From a virus, in the IMG/VR virus record IMGVR_UViG_3300001471_000004: a stretch of DNA of 46,994 nt. One strand, given 5' to 3'. A model generated the notes under the pieces. That model worked only from the letters and a program-made list of their open reading frames with translations. It was not told the origin of the DNA and made no database searches. Shown here in pieces: positions 7,755 to 16,838 of this stretch. The position numbers and the translations under genes were made by a program. The first letter of the stretch is position 1, and each line of letters opens with the position of its first letter.

Positions 7755-9095
7755 TTAGCCGAACGTCGAGTTGAACGCGGACGTGCTCTCAATCCGCATC
7801 ATGAACTGCGAATTGGTGATCAGCGTTCCGTAGAAATTCTTCCAGCCGACCACACGCAACTGATTGAGCGGGTCCGACTTGTCGGCGTTCTTGAGGTACG
7901 TGAACTCGGCATTCTGCAGCACGACCTGCGAGTACGCCCCACGCCCGAAAACGAACGTCGGATAGACGGTGACGCCGGTCGCGGGCGCTGCGGGCGGCAC
8001 TTGCGCGACGCCGAGCGCCGTGATCATGCACACCGTGTTCGGCGGCAACTGCGTCGCTTGTCCCTGCAGCGGCCCGGTCGTCGGACCCTGCACGGAGACA
8101 CCAAGATTGAACGGCGACGTCGTTGTGCCGATGTAGGCGTTGTACGTGTAGCCGGGGGTGTTTGGCGTGGTGAACTGCACTGCGCCGTTCGCCAGCACGA
8201 CGACGCCGGCCGACACCTGATAAATCTGGCTCTCGTACTGGTTCTGCGTGTCCTGGCCGGTGAGCTGGATGTAATAGGTGCCGGCCGCGAGTGCGCCACC
8301 GCCAACCGCCGCACCGTTGATGGCCGCAACACCAGTCCACGACGGCACCATGTTGGTCTGACAGAAGCGGATACCACGCCACTCGCCCGCCTCGTAATTG
8401 TACAGCCGGTTGAGATCGCTATACGACCAGGCCGTGACGACCGTCGAATTTTCGGAAAAGTCGCCGACGACGAACGGATGACACACCGCAACGTAGTGCG
8501 GCATCTTGCGCGGATTGCTCGACGCCTTGGCGCCGCCCGCGTCCGCTTCGAGCTTCATGTCGGTGACTTCATCGCCCATGTAGCGCGGAGCGCCGAGGTT
8601 GCTGAGCATCGCGGTCGCGCGATTGATCTCGTGCGGGTTGATCACGTCGCCGGTGACGAGCGATGCGCGCGCACCGCGACTGTTCACATAATTGATCTGC
8701 GAGCCCGCCATCAGGTTGTTGAAGGTGTTGCGCTCCATGGTTTCGGAAAGCTGAAGCGCGACGAGCTCGATCGCTTTCTTGAACAGCGGATGCTTGATCG
8801 TCATCTCCGCAACATCGGTAATGGTGATCTTGTCACCCCACTGCTGGGCCTGCGCGGAGACCTGCTGCAGCGTCATCGTCTGCCCGATGGGCGGAACACC
8901 CTCGGACAACGGCGCGTAAGGCAGCGGCACGCGGTTGTAGCGGCTCGCGGTGTAAGTTACGCCCTGGCCTTTGGGGAGCGTCGCCGGGTCGCCGAACTGA
9001 TAAACGACCAACTGGCGCCGCGCGAGGGGAAGCGTCTTCGCCGCAATATACGGGCTTATGTCGCCGGAAAATTGGGCTGCACTGTTCGTGGGCAT
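7755..9095 (-). CDS. Major capsid protein, 446 aa (HK97-fold, N4-gp56-like)
   Basis: It follows the scaffold gene. The N-terminal block (YIAAKTLPLARRQLVVYQFG...GQGVTYTASRYNR) and C-terminal block (VYPTFVFGRGAYSQVVL...LRVVGWKNFYG) match my recollection of N4-gp56-type capsid proteins. Confidence 0.75.
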   Translation of the reverse strand: MPTNSAAQFSGDISPYIAAKTLPLARRQLVVYQFGDPATLPKGQGVTYTASRYNRVPLPYAPLSEGVPPIGQTMTLQQVSAQAQQWGDKITITDVAEMTIKHPLFKKAIELVALQLSETMERNTFNNLMAGSQINYVNSRGARASLVTGDVINPHEINRATAMLSNLGAPRYMGDEVTDMKLEADAGGAKASSNPRKMPHYVAVCHPFVVGDFSENSTVVTAWSYSDLNRLYNYEAGEWRGIRFCQTNMVPSWTGVAAINGAAVGGGALAAGTYYIQLTGQDTQNQYESQIYQVSAGVVVLANGAVQFTTPNTPGYTYNAYIGTTTSPFNLGVSVQGPTTGPLQGQATQLPPNTVCMITALGVAQVPPAAPATGVTVYPTFVFGRGAYSQVVLQNAEFTYLKNADKSDPLNQLRVVGWKNFYGTLITNSQFMMRIESTSAFNSTFG

Positions 9096-9116
9096 CTCAC
9101 CGCTCTCCTAGTTTGA

Positions 9117-9136
9117 GGCGGTGACTGCTCACCGCC
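9117..9136 (-). promoter_or_regulatory. Intercistronic RNA hairpin between the scaffold and capsid genes
   Basis: Arms GGCGGTGA / TCACCGCC form a perfect 8-bp stem with a 4-nt loop. An AGGAGA SD for the capsid gene follows. Confidence 0.45.
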
Positions 9137-9970
9137 CTAAATTATGTCGTCGCCATGACGGCGCTCGAAGTCCTCTACCGTGTTCCCGCTGCGACGCTGC
9201 GAACGGTTCGGGGCAATGTCGCCTCGTCCGTTCGTCGGCCGGGAAGTCTGTTGCTGCCGGCGTTGCTGCGCTCCGGGCTTCGCCTTGCCCATCTGCGCAA
9301 TCGCGCGCTCACCAATGATGTACGTTGCGATGACTTCGCGCGGAACACTCGCCTCGCCGCGCTGCCGGAAACCAGCAAGACGCTGCTCGACTTCGTTCGC
9401 GATCTTCTGAAAAACAGGATTGGCCGCGCACCGAGCTTGAAATGACGACCGGTCAGACTGATCGAGCAGATGGTTGGTAAGCTGAGCAGTCTTGTGCTCA
9501 TGAACAGCGAGCGCGGAATTGACCGTCTCGGCGATCCGTTCTTCGGGGGACATGAGCGCAAGGCGCTCGGCCCGTTGCGCGGCAGTCTCGGTCGGCTGCT
9601 GAGGCTGCGGCGGGTTACGCCGCATTTCGTCAAGCTGACGAGTAAGGGTTGCGATTGCAGCGGCGTCTTCGCGGCGCTGCCGGCGAAGCTCGGCGTATTG
9701 GCGCTCGCCACGCGACGGTTGACGAGCGCCTGCCTCGGCGCCACCATCTGCATCGTCGTCTTCGCCGTGCGTGTCATCGTCTTCCGCGTCCTGGTCGTCG
9801 TTCGCACCGCCGCCTGTGTCGTCCTCTGCCGGGTCGTCGATCGGATCGGTCGGCGTCTCGTCATCATCCGACAGATCGCCCGGAATTCGTTCGTCTTCCG
9901 GCGTACCCCCGGCACCCTCATCGCGCGGGGCAAAGTACGCAGCACTCGACAGCAAGTGTCGCTTAAACAT
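9137..9970 (-). CDS. Scaffolding protein, 277 aa
   Basis: Located immediately upstream of the capsid gene. It has a very acidic disordered N-terminal third (DDDE.., DDTGGGANDDQDAEDDD) followed by a helical Arg/Gln/Glu-rich part. Confidence 0.65.
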   Translation of the reverse strand: MFKRHLLSSAAYFAPRDEGAGGTPEDERIPGDLSDDDETPTDPIDDPAEDDTGGGANDDQDAEDDDTHGEDDDADGGAEAGARQPSRGERQYAELRRQRREDAAAIATLTRQLDEMRRNPPQPQQPTETAAQRAERLALMSPEERIAETVNSALAVHEHKTAQLTNHLLDQSDRSSFQARCAANPVFQKIANEVEQRLAGFRQRGEASVPREVIATYIIGERAIAQMGKAKPGAQQRRQQQTSRPTNGRGDIAPNRSQRRSGNTVEDFERRHGDDII

Positions 9971-10053
9971 GACAGTCCTCCAGCGGCGCCTTACGGGGGC
10001 CAGTCGTCAGATGAACGCGAGGGGTGGGTTACGCCCACCATGCGAAACGCTAG

Positions 10054-10082
10054 ATATTGTACACGTTAGGATTAAAAGTCAA
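10054..10082 (-). promoter_or_regulatory. Sigma70-like promoter for the scaffold/capsid genes
   Basis: The minus strand reads TTGACT, a 17-nt spacer, then CAATAT, directly after the upstream stop codon. A 5'UTR hairpin GGTGGG-CGTAA-CCCACC lies at 10023-10039, followed by a GGAGGA SD. Confidence 0.5.
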
Positions 10083-10376
10083 CTAGCGACGCGGCAAACT
10101 ATCCACTTGCCCTTGTAGGTGATCGAGCTGCTTCACGGCCGCGTCTACCTTAGCCGACACCCCCGCCGCCGCAGCGTTCGTCACCGCCTGCGCGTCGATC
10201 ATCTTACCAAGCTGAGCCCAAATCTGCTGGTTAGAGAATTTCAAATCCGAAAGCGTCGTCGACAGAAAATACCCCAAGACCGCGACAACGAGCGGCATAA
10301 AAAACCGCGCAAGCGTGATCGCCGTCGTACTATCGATGAATTTGCGAAACGAAGGACCGAGCTCGTCGCTGCTCAA
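10083..10376 (-). CDS. Single-pass membrane protein with coiled-coil C-terminus, 97 aa (holin/antiholin or i-spanin-like)
   Basis: TTG start at 10376 with GGGAGA 6 nt upstream and a TTGA overlap with the upstream stop. TM segment FFMPLVVAVLGYFLST. Confidence 0.5.
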   Translation of the reverse strand: MSSDELGPSFRKFIDSTTAITLARFFMPLVVAVLGYFLSTTLSDLKFSNQQIWAQLGKMIDAQAVTNAAAAGVSAKVDAAVKQLDHLQGQVDSLPRR

Positions 10377-10606
10377 CGTGTGTCTCCCAAAATTTCTGCC
10401 CGACCGGCCAAAACTCCCTTAGCGTGCTCGGACTGCCCCGTTACCTCTACGAGCGCGTCCTTTATGCTGTTCGTATTTTTTTCGAGGCTTGCGATGACTT
10501 CCGCATTCCGGCGCTGCGTGTTCCAGGTAAACAGCTGCGCGAGTGCGCCGAGCAGCACCCCAAAGCCAAGCGCGCAATCCCCGACAGTCTTGATCGTATC
10601 GAGCAT
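10373..10606 (-). CDS. Single-pass membrane protein, 77 aa (holin-like)
   Basis: TM segment CALGFGVLLGALAQLF followed by a charged helical tail. It lies directly downstream of the endolysin. Confidence 0.5.
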   Translation of the reverse strand: MLDTIKTVGDCALGFGVLLGALAQLFTWNTQRRNAEVIASLEKNTNSIKDALVEVTGQSEHAKGVLAGRAEILGDTR

Positions 10607-10612
10607 CGAAAG

Positions 10613-11140
10613 CTACCCCGCGACTAGCGTACGCGCATTCAGCTGTACGAACGCAACCCGCTCCATCCAGCCGTGATCGAACTTCGCGTCGACCGGATGC
10701 GCCGCCTCGATCTCTTTGTACACCTTGATCCGCTCGACCGTCATCGCCTCAACGAGCTTCATCGGATCTGCCTTTGACAGCGCAGCGCTCGTCACCACGC
10801 CAATATGTCCGTCAGCCGTGACGCCAAGCGCCCGCTGCAGAACAAGCACCGCTTCGTGAAACCCGCTGTTCACGCTCTCGTCGAAGAAAACGTAATCAGC
10901 ACCCGCGGGCAACACCGGACAGTACGGCATCCAAAACCCACGGTGATATATGTCGTCGATGACTGGATCAGGTGCTTTCCATACGTCACCTTGAGGCAAG
11001 CCCGCTACCTGACAATACGAATTGAAAGAACGCTGCGTGATCCCGCGCGACGTGCGCCCACCCGCGTCGTCGGGATCATCGACGTTACCACCTTCCGATA
11101 CGCGCACCCAGGCGAGGGCCTTTGGCCAGCTGGTGTCCAT
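10613..11140 (-). CDS. Endolysin: GH108-type muramidase domain plus PG_binding_3-like C-terminus, 175 aa
   Basis: Motif VSEGGNVDDPDDAGGRTSRGIT is the GH108 EGG...DP.D.GG.T..GI signature. ATG at 11140 with a GAGG SD. Confidence 0.75.
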   Translation of the reverse strand: MDTSWPKALAWVRVSEGGNVDDPDDAGGRTSRGITQRSFNSYCQVAGLPQGDVWKAPDPVIDDIYHRGFWMPYCPVLPAGADYVFFDESVNSGFHEAVLVLQRALGVTADGHIGVVTSAALSKADPMKLVEAMTVERIKVYKEIEAAHPVDAKFDHGWMERVAFVQLNARTLVAG

Positions 11141-11204
11141 TACCGCCTCGCGTAAATAACGAGCGTGGGTGCGTCGTCGAAGAAAAATATGACAGCGTAG
11201 GGGA

Positions 11205-12440
11205 TCATGAGCACGTACCACCCGTGCCTGTCGCGGCGGTAATAATGCCATTCGTGATTGTGATGCTAGCAATGACAGTAAGCGCACCAGAGCACGTCAC
11301 GCCCTTCGTTCCGTTCGCGTAGTACGCTGCGGCAGAATTAATTGTGCCTGCTCCTTCATTACCGCCTGTAGGGGCTCCTACCGCCAGACCGCCTGCAACT
11401 ACACTCCCTGTAGCCGTCCAGCTTTGCGATAAGGTTGAACCGGCTGCAATGCCCACCGTGTTTGTAGCAGGTAAGTACATTCCATTAGCGGGCACACTAG
11501 ACCCTGTCGGAAAGAAAGCGGTACATTTTAAATTCCCCGATCCTGTGGGTACTGAGCACACCGTACCCCCGCCGCTGTTCAAAAATATAAGATCAGAACT
11601 CGAACCCTTTCCCATCAAGGTTAGACCGTTAGCGCTCGCCAGATATACGGCACCTTCGCCATTGGCGCTCATAGTTGGGCCTGATATTATTCCGCCAAAG
11701 ACGTTGGTGCCAGCCGCCATTGTGGGCGCAGTCGTGCCCGTCACCGTAAAGAGCGCAGAGCCGGTATGGCCACCTGACGTAATCGTGCTGGCGTCCGGCA
11801 TTGTAACGGTGCCAGTGAAGGTCGGCGACGCAAGCGGCGCGTACGCAGTCGAGTTGAAAGCATTCGTACCAAGCGATCCGCCTACTCCCGATGACGTGAT
11901 TGCTGAACCACCACCAATGACAACGGAAGTAGCCGAAGCTGCGCCAAGGGTGGGCGTAACAAACGTGGGCGATGTTGTAGCAGATATTGCGCCGGAACCA
12001 TTAAGCGTAAGACCCAACGCCGTATTAACGTTAGTCCCTAGACTAGCAATCGCTACGTACGTAGCCGACAATGATGGGATATCGGCAGCCACAAGCGCAC
12101 GGAACGAGGGCGTGTTCGCGATGCCAGTCGTCGGCCCGGCGAACACCGTATTCGCAGTCTGGTTCTGGAGCGTCGCGCTGAGCGTGCCGGACACGGTCAC
12201 CGGCGATCCCGTCACAGCGAAAACTGATGCTGGCAATGAAAGCCCAACACTCGTTACGGTGCCCGCCCCGCTCCCATCAATACAAAAATTACCATTCACG
12301 TCGACAGTAAGTGGCTGCGTCGAACCGACAGGATACGCTTGTGGAAGCACTCCGCAAACCGCAACAACCAGCGCGTCTTGCGCGTGCGCAACGCCAAGCG
12401 ATGAGAACAATAAAGACAGCGCGATGAGGATCGCCCTCAT
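11205..12440 (-). CDS. Tail-fibre-like protein, 411 aa, with Sec-type N-terminus
   Basis: ATG at 12440 with an ATGA overlap. N-terminus MRAILIALSLLFSSLGVAHA/QD. Ser/Thr/Gly-rich repeats, with motif FAGPTTGIANTPSFRALVAADIPSL. C-terminal knob YYANGTKGVTCSG... Confidence 0.65.
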   Translation of the reverse strand: MRAILIALSLLFSSLGVAHAQDALVVAVCGVLPQAYPVGSTQPLTVDVNGNFCIDGSGAGTVTSVGLSLPASVFAVTGSPVTVSGTLSATLQNQTANTVFAGPTTGIANTPSFRALVAADIPSLSATYVAIASLGTNVNTALGLTLNGSGAISATTSPTFVTPTLGAASATSVVIGGGSAITSSGVGGSLGTNAFNSTAYAPLASPTFTGTVTMPDASTITSGGHTGSALFTVTGTTAPTMAAGTNVFGGIISGPTMSANGEGAVYLASANGLTLMGKGSSSDLIFLNSGGGTVCSVPTGSGNLKCTAFFPTGSSVPANGMYLPATNTVGIAAGSTLSQSWTATGSVVAGGLAVGAPTGGNEGAGTINSAAAYYANGTKGVTCSGALTVIASITITNGIITAATGTGGTCS

Positions 12441-12607
12441 GACAAGCACGCCTGGCCGCTGGTGTTGACCGTGATCGACCGCGTCGAGCCGACCGCGTAC
12501 GCGACAGGCAGCGTCCCGCACGTCGCCACGACGTAGGCACCCCCACCGTCAGCCTTGAGCGAAGTCGCCAAGCACACAAAAATCAGCGCTATAAAAAAGC
12601 GTGACAT
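12437..12607 (-). CDS. Small secreted protein, 56 aa; paralog of the N-terminal module of the downstream fibre
   Basis: ATG at 12607. Signal MSRFFIALIFVCLATSLKA/D. The mature part AYVVATCGTLPVAYAVGSTRSITVNTSGQAC aligns with ALVVAVCGVLPQAYPVGSTQPLTVDVNGNFC (18 of 31 identical, both Cys conserved). Confidence 0.55.
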   Translation of the reverse strand: MSRFFIALIFVCLATSLKADGGGAYVVATCGTLPVAYAVGSTRSITVNTSGQACLS

Positions 12608-12617
12608 GCGCGTTGTC

Positions 12618-14852
12618 CTACCGGCGCGGCACCGCCGACGCATCCTGCATCCGATCCTGGTGTATCGCACCTGCCGGGTTTTGTCCACCGCGAGGCGCTG
12701 TAGGTTGCGCACCCGGCCGAGGCGCACCCGCTGCCCCTGGTGGTCCGCCCCCCGGACTGCCCGGCAAGCCGCGCTGCATCGACGCTATGCTCTGCTGCTG
12801 GATCTGCATCTTCTGGTTCATCTGCATCCGGTGGCGCAGCATGTGCTCGCGCACGGCGCCGGTCGGATCGCCCTTCACCAGCGCCTTCAAATGCTCCTTC
12901 ATGTGCTGCTCGTCGTCGTCGAGCTCGTGCACCGGCAGCGACAACCCCTCGATCAAAAACTCATTCTCCTGTTCGGCGCCGACCGTCAGCTTCGATTTGA
13001 TGTCCTCGAATATCTGCGGAGCAAGTCGCGGTCCAAACACGTTCTCGATCATCATCGATATCAGCGGCACCGCGTTGAGCTTATAGCCCTCGTACTGCTG
13101 CGGCGGGATGCCCTTGATGACGTTCAGCGTCGACACCTGAACCTGCATCATCTGCTGCGACTTCGCAGCCTCGACACCCCACCACCGAAACTCATAGCGC
13201 CGGTTCGACTGTATCGGCGGAATGTCCTGCATCTGCGCCCGCAAGCCCATCTGGCCGTACTGTTTCACCGTCAAAGGCTTGTCGCGGAACTGATAGTCGA
13301 GATCGACAAACCAGCGCAGCAGCGGCGTCAACACCTCGTCTTCGAGGTTTGTGCACACATCCGCGGTCGACACGAGATCGACCTGCTGTTCGAGCGCAAC
13401 TTCAGCCTGGTTACGCTTGGTCTTGCCCCCGGTCGACTGTGGGATTTGCGCAGGCGAGACTGACAGGATTTGAAAAATCTCGGTCTTCAGCTGTGAGACA
13501 ATCGTCAAACCATCCTTCCACAGTGGCGGGAACTGGGCAAATTTTGTATCGTTCGGGTCCGTCTCCCATATCGCTGCGAGGTTGAGCACCATCGATCCGA
13601 CGCGCGGGTTTTTGCTCGGGTTGGTCATGACTATGGGCATCAGCGCGTAGGCAGCGCTGTCCATGGCCTCGTTCACCGTATCGTTCGCCGCGTATTGCAG
13701 ATCAGCGACTGGCTTCACCTCGCTCTGACCCTTGAACACATTCGATATCTTTTTCAGCGGCGCCGACAGCACCGGACACTTGTCGTTCCAGTACGGCCCG
13801 CGCTTGACCGACGCCACCAACTCATTATCACCACCACCGAAATAAATACGACACAGCCGGCGCTCGCCGTCTACCTTCAGCCGCGTCCACGTCTCGTGTA
13901 CCGTCCACACCTTGCTCCCGCCACCGTCGCTCGTGATGCCCGCGGCATCGACGTGCTTCTTCGTCGCGTTCGGCTGACCAGCGTCGTCCTTTGCCCCGGC
14001 GCTGATTTCCTCGATCATCGCCTTGCCGACGTCCTTATCGATCTCGTCATCGTCGATCGCCTGCTCGATCCGCTCTTTGCTCCAGCGCCGCAGCACCGTC
14101 ACCGAACCACCGATCGACAGCGCGTGACCTACGCTGTTCGCGGTCTTCGGTAGCACGAGCACGTCACAGTCGGCCAGCACCTCAACGGTGGGCTTCATGT
14201 GAAACGTCTCAACTTCCTCGATATCGTCATCCTCGCCCTCCGGCGCCTCGATCGTCTCGCCCTCGATCTCGATCTGCTCTTTGGTCCGATAGACGACGTG
14301 ACGTGACGAATTCTCCCAGCCGACGTACAAATTATAGTGCCCCTCGACATCACCGTTGCGCATCAGCGCCGGCACACACTGCGTACGCAGCTTCGTCTCG
14401 CGAATATAGTGTTCGAGCAGCGCCATGATGTCGTAGGGCTTCTCGTCGCTGGTGATGCAGTCGACGTTGCGCTGCGAGCGCGGGAATATCTGGTTTACGA
14501 AACGCGTGACGCGCGCCTCGACCGCCTGGCGCACGATGGGAAGATAAATCTGCGAGTTGCCCGCGTACGCCTGCCGCCCACCGAGCACCTGATCGTACAC
14601 GTCCCACATATCGAGCTGATCGTTGCCGCGCTCCCATTGGGTCTGAAAACCCTTGGAGACTGTCTTCATCAACTCGATGACTTGTTCTTTGATCTCCGTC
14701 TCGCCGCAAAGCTCATCGTCGCGGTTGCGCGCTCGCTCGCGGCGGTCAGTCTCGGAGGGCTCGTCGTCAGTCTCGGCAACATCCTTTTCAGGCTCTAGTG
14801 GCTCGGGCTCAATGGCCGGGGGCTTGTCCTTGGTCTTCCGTCGCTTGGCCAT
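12618..14852 (-). CDS. Portal protein, 744 aa
   Basis: Assigned from size and position directly downstream of TerL (6-nt gap). It has a basic/acidic N-terminus and a Pro/Gly-rich C-terminal tail. No motif-level confirmation is possible by eye. Confidence 0.65.
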   Translation of the reverse strand: MAKRRKTKDKPPAIEPEPLEPEKDVAETDDEPSETDRRERARNRDDELCGETEIKEQVIELMKTVSKGFQTQWERGNDQLDMWDVYDQVLGGRQAYAGNSQIYLPIVRQAVEARVTRFVNQIFPRSQRNVDCITSDEKPYDIMALLEHYIRETKLRTQCVPALMRNGDVEGHYNLYVGWENSSRHVVYRTKEQIEIEGETIEAPEGEDDDIEEVETFHMKPTVEVLADCDVLVLPKTANSVGHALSIGGSVTVLRRWSKERIEQAIDDDEIDKDVGKAMIEEISAGAKDDAGQPNATKKHVDAAGITSDGGGSKVWTVHETWTRLKVDGERRLCRIYFGGGDNELVASVKRGPYWNDKCPVLSAPLKKISNVFKGQSEVKPVADLQYAANDTVNEAMDSAAYALMPIVMTNPSKNPRVGSMVLNLAAIWETDPNDTKFAQFPPLWKDGLTIVSQLKTEIFQILSVSPAQIPQSTGGKTKRNQAEVALEQQVDLVSTADVCTNLEDEVLTPLLRWFVDLDYQFRDKPLTVKQYGQMGLRAQMQDIPPIQSNRRYEFRWWGVEAAKSQQMMQVQVSTLNVIKGIPPQQYEGYKLNAVPLISMMIENVFGPRLAPQIFEDIKSKLTVGAEQENEFLIEGLSLPVHELDDDEQHMKEHLKALVKGDPTGAVREHMLRHRMQMNQKMQIQQQSIASMQRGLPGSPGGGPPGAAGAPRPGAQPTAPRGGQNPAGAIHQDRMQDASAVPRR

Positions 14853-14858
14853 GCCCGC

Positions 14859-16838
14859 TCACCGATGAGTTGCTCGCGCCGACAAGTACCGGCGTCCCTG
14901 CGCATCCGTAGCATAGTTCGGGGTGTCCTCGCCATCCCTGGCCAACGCCCCCGACGCCGCGGCAGCGAACGTCTCAAGGCCCTCCATGAGCACCCGGTAC
15001 ACGTTGTCGTCGGCCATGCCCTCGACACCTCCCCCCTTCACCACCTTGCGTGCATAGCCGCCCGCGAAGCCGTTGAGCGTCCAGCGCGCGACTGTGGATA
15101 TCTCCAGCTGCGGGCGCCCATGGGTCAAGCCCTCGATCCGCTTCCGTAGTTCCTCTCGCCCCGCCGCGACGTCACCGCCTGTCTTGATCGACGTCTGCAG
15201 CTTGCGCGCGGCCGGCTGAAGCCCGATCGGGTCATAGGCGTTCCAGTGCTGCGGGCCGGCATAGAGGGTGAAGCGCTGCCCGCACAGCAAGCGAGCCTCC
15301 GTCAGTATCCCGTCGAGCCCCGCCCCCGGATCGCCCTCACGCACCCAGTCACCAATCACCCTCACCTGATTGCCAAGGATCTGAACCGCTATGGCCGTGG
15401 TGAACTGCCGCGTCGCGCCGAGCACCAGATAGCACGCGCTGCCCTTCGTAAGCTTCATGCCGTCGACGACGTTATTCACAGAAAAATTCTCATAGACCGG
15501 CAGGCCCGGCCGCATCCGCAGCGCGTAGGCGAGTGCGTTCGGAACGTCAATCCTCCCGGTCGGAAAGCTCAGTAATTGCTGCATGAGCACTGGCAAGTCT
15601 TTCGCAAACACCACTTCGTCCGCTGCGAAGAAAGGCTGCAAAGAGCGGATGAAGGCCAGCTTGCCAACAGGCGCAGGCATTACTTCGACAGGGATAATCT
15701 GCTGCCGTCGCGTCTGTTCGGCCCGCAAAGGCTGCAAGATAAATTCTTCGAGCCCCTCCTTCTCCACCCCGATCTTGATCGGCTGGTACTGATCGTTGGT
15801 CGCGAACATGTCGTCGATGATCTTGTCGGGCATCCATAGCTGTCCGTCCCCTTCCCAGATGACGAGCTTCGTACCCACCCACGAGAACACCACCTTGCCC
15901 GTATGTGCGCTCGTCACCTTCACGCTGCGCGCCGGGTCATACATCGCGTATGTGGGCTGCCACGACTTCACCTGCGGCTCGACCTTGATCATCGCCGACG
16001 TGAACACGCGGGTGGATGGGTCGACAGCCTGCACCATGTACTCCTGCTGGTATTCGTTGAGCATCCCGGCTTCCTCGTACTCGTGCCGGGTCGTATCAAT
16101 ATGCTCTAAAGAAAATCGGGCCGGCCATATTGCTCGTCGCTGACCGTCAGCGCCAACGTATTCCCACGGGTACTCTCGCACAGTCCACACACCCGTTTTC
16201 CGCAGGCGCACGGCAAGGCAGTCAGGGTCAAGCATGTTGGCCAACATGCGCACCTTCGCTCCGGGCGCGAGGGCGGGCAACAAGGTCCGCATGAGCCATC
16301 GCTGGGTCTTGTCTCGTCCCTCGGGAGTGTTGACACTTTCCTCATCCTCGATGTCGTCGATCAGACAGCCGTCCGGCCGCACGTCGTTGTGTTTGACGCC
16401 GCGCATCGACTGCCCGCGGCCGAACGCCTGGATCACCACTCCGTTCATCAACTCGATCTTGTCTTCGTTCCACGTCTTGCCGTGAAGGCCGCCAAACAGG
16501 GTGTTGATGTGCTCGTTGAAATCGATTTCATGCTTTATAGCGCCTAGTCGTTCGACGGCTCGGGTAGCGCTCTCCCCGACAATAATGAAATTCTTGAAGC
16601 GCTGATAGCAAGCATCAATCGCAATGTATTCCTCGGCGATTGTTGATTTAGCTGCGCCGCGAAAGGCCAATTCGAGTACTCGGTGCGAGGGACCGTGAAG
16701 ATCGTCGATGATCTCGAAATGAAAAGGGGGTGTCGCATCGGGATGCCTGTGCGGGAACAGCGCTTGGTGCGCCAGACGGTGATCGAGGCCGAGACGTACG
16801 ATCAGGTCTTCCTTATCGCGCTCGGTCTGCGTAGTCAT
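14859..16838 (-). CDS. terL: Terminase large subunit, 659 aa
   Basis: Walker A-like FRGAAKST and Walker B-like GCLIDDIEDEE, followed by a nuclease-type C-terminal half. ATGA overlap with the upstream methyltransferase gene. Confidence 0.8.
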   Translation of the reverse strand: MTTQTERDKEDLIVRLGLDHRLAHQALFPHRHPDATPPFHFEIIDDLHGPSHRVLELAFRGAAKSTIAEEYIAIDACYQRFKNFIIVGESATRAVERLGAIKHEIDFNEHINTLFGGLHGKTWNEDKIELMNGVVIQAFGRGQSMRGVKHNDVRPDGCLIDDIEDEESVNTPEGRDKTQRWLMRTLLPALAPGAKVRMLANMLDPDCLAVRLRKTGVWTVREYPWEYVGADGQRRAIWPARFSLEHIDTTRHEYEEAGMLNEYQQEYMVQAVDPSTRVFTSAMIKVEPQVKSWQPTYAMYDPARSVKVTSAHTGKVVFSWVGTKLVIWEGDGQLWMPDKIIDDMFATNDQYQPIKIGVEKEGLEEFILQPLRAEQTRRQQIIPVEVMPAPVGKLAFIRSLQPFFAADEVVFAKDLPVLMQQLLSFPTGRIDVPNALAYALRMRPGLPVYENFSVNNVVDGMKLTKGSACYLVLGATRQFTTAIAVQILGNQVRVIGDWVREGDPGAGLDGILTEARLLCGQRFTLYAGPQHWNAYDPIGLQPAARKLQTSIKTGGDVAAGREELRKRIEGLTHGRPQLEISTVARWTLNGFAGGYARKVVKGGGVEGMADDNVYRVLMEGLETFAAAASGALARDGEDTPNYATDAQGRRYLSARATHR

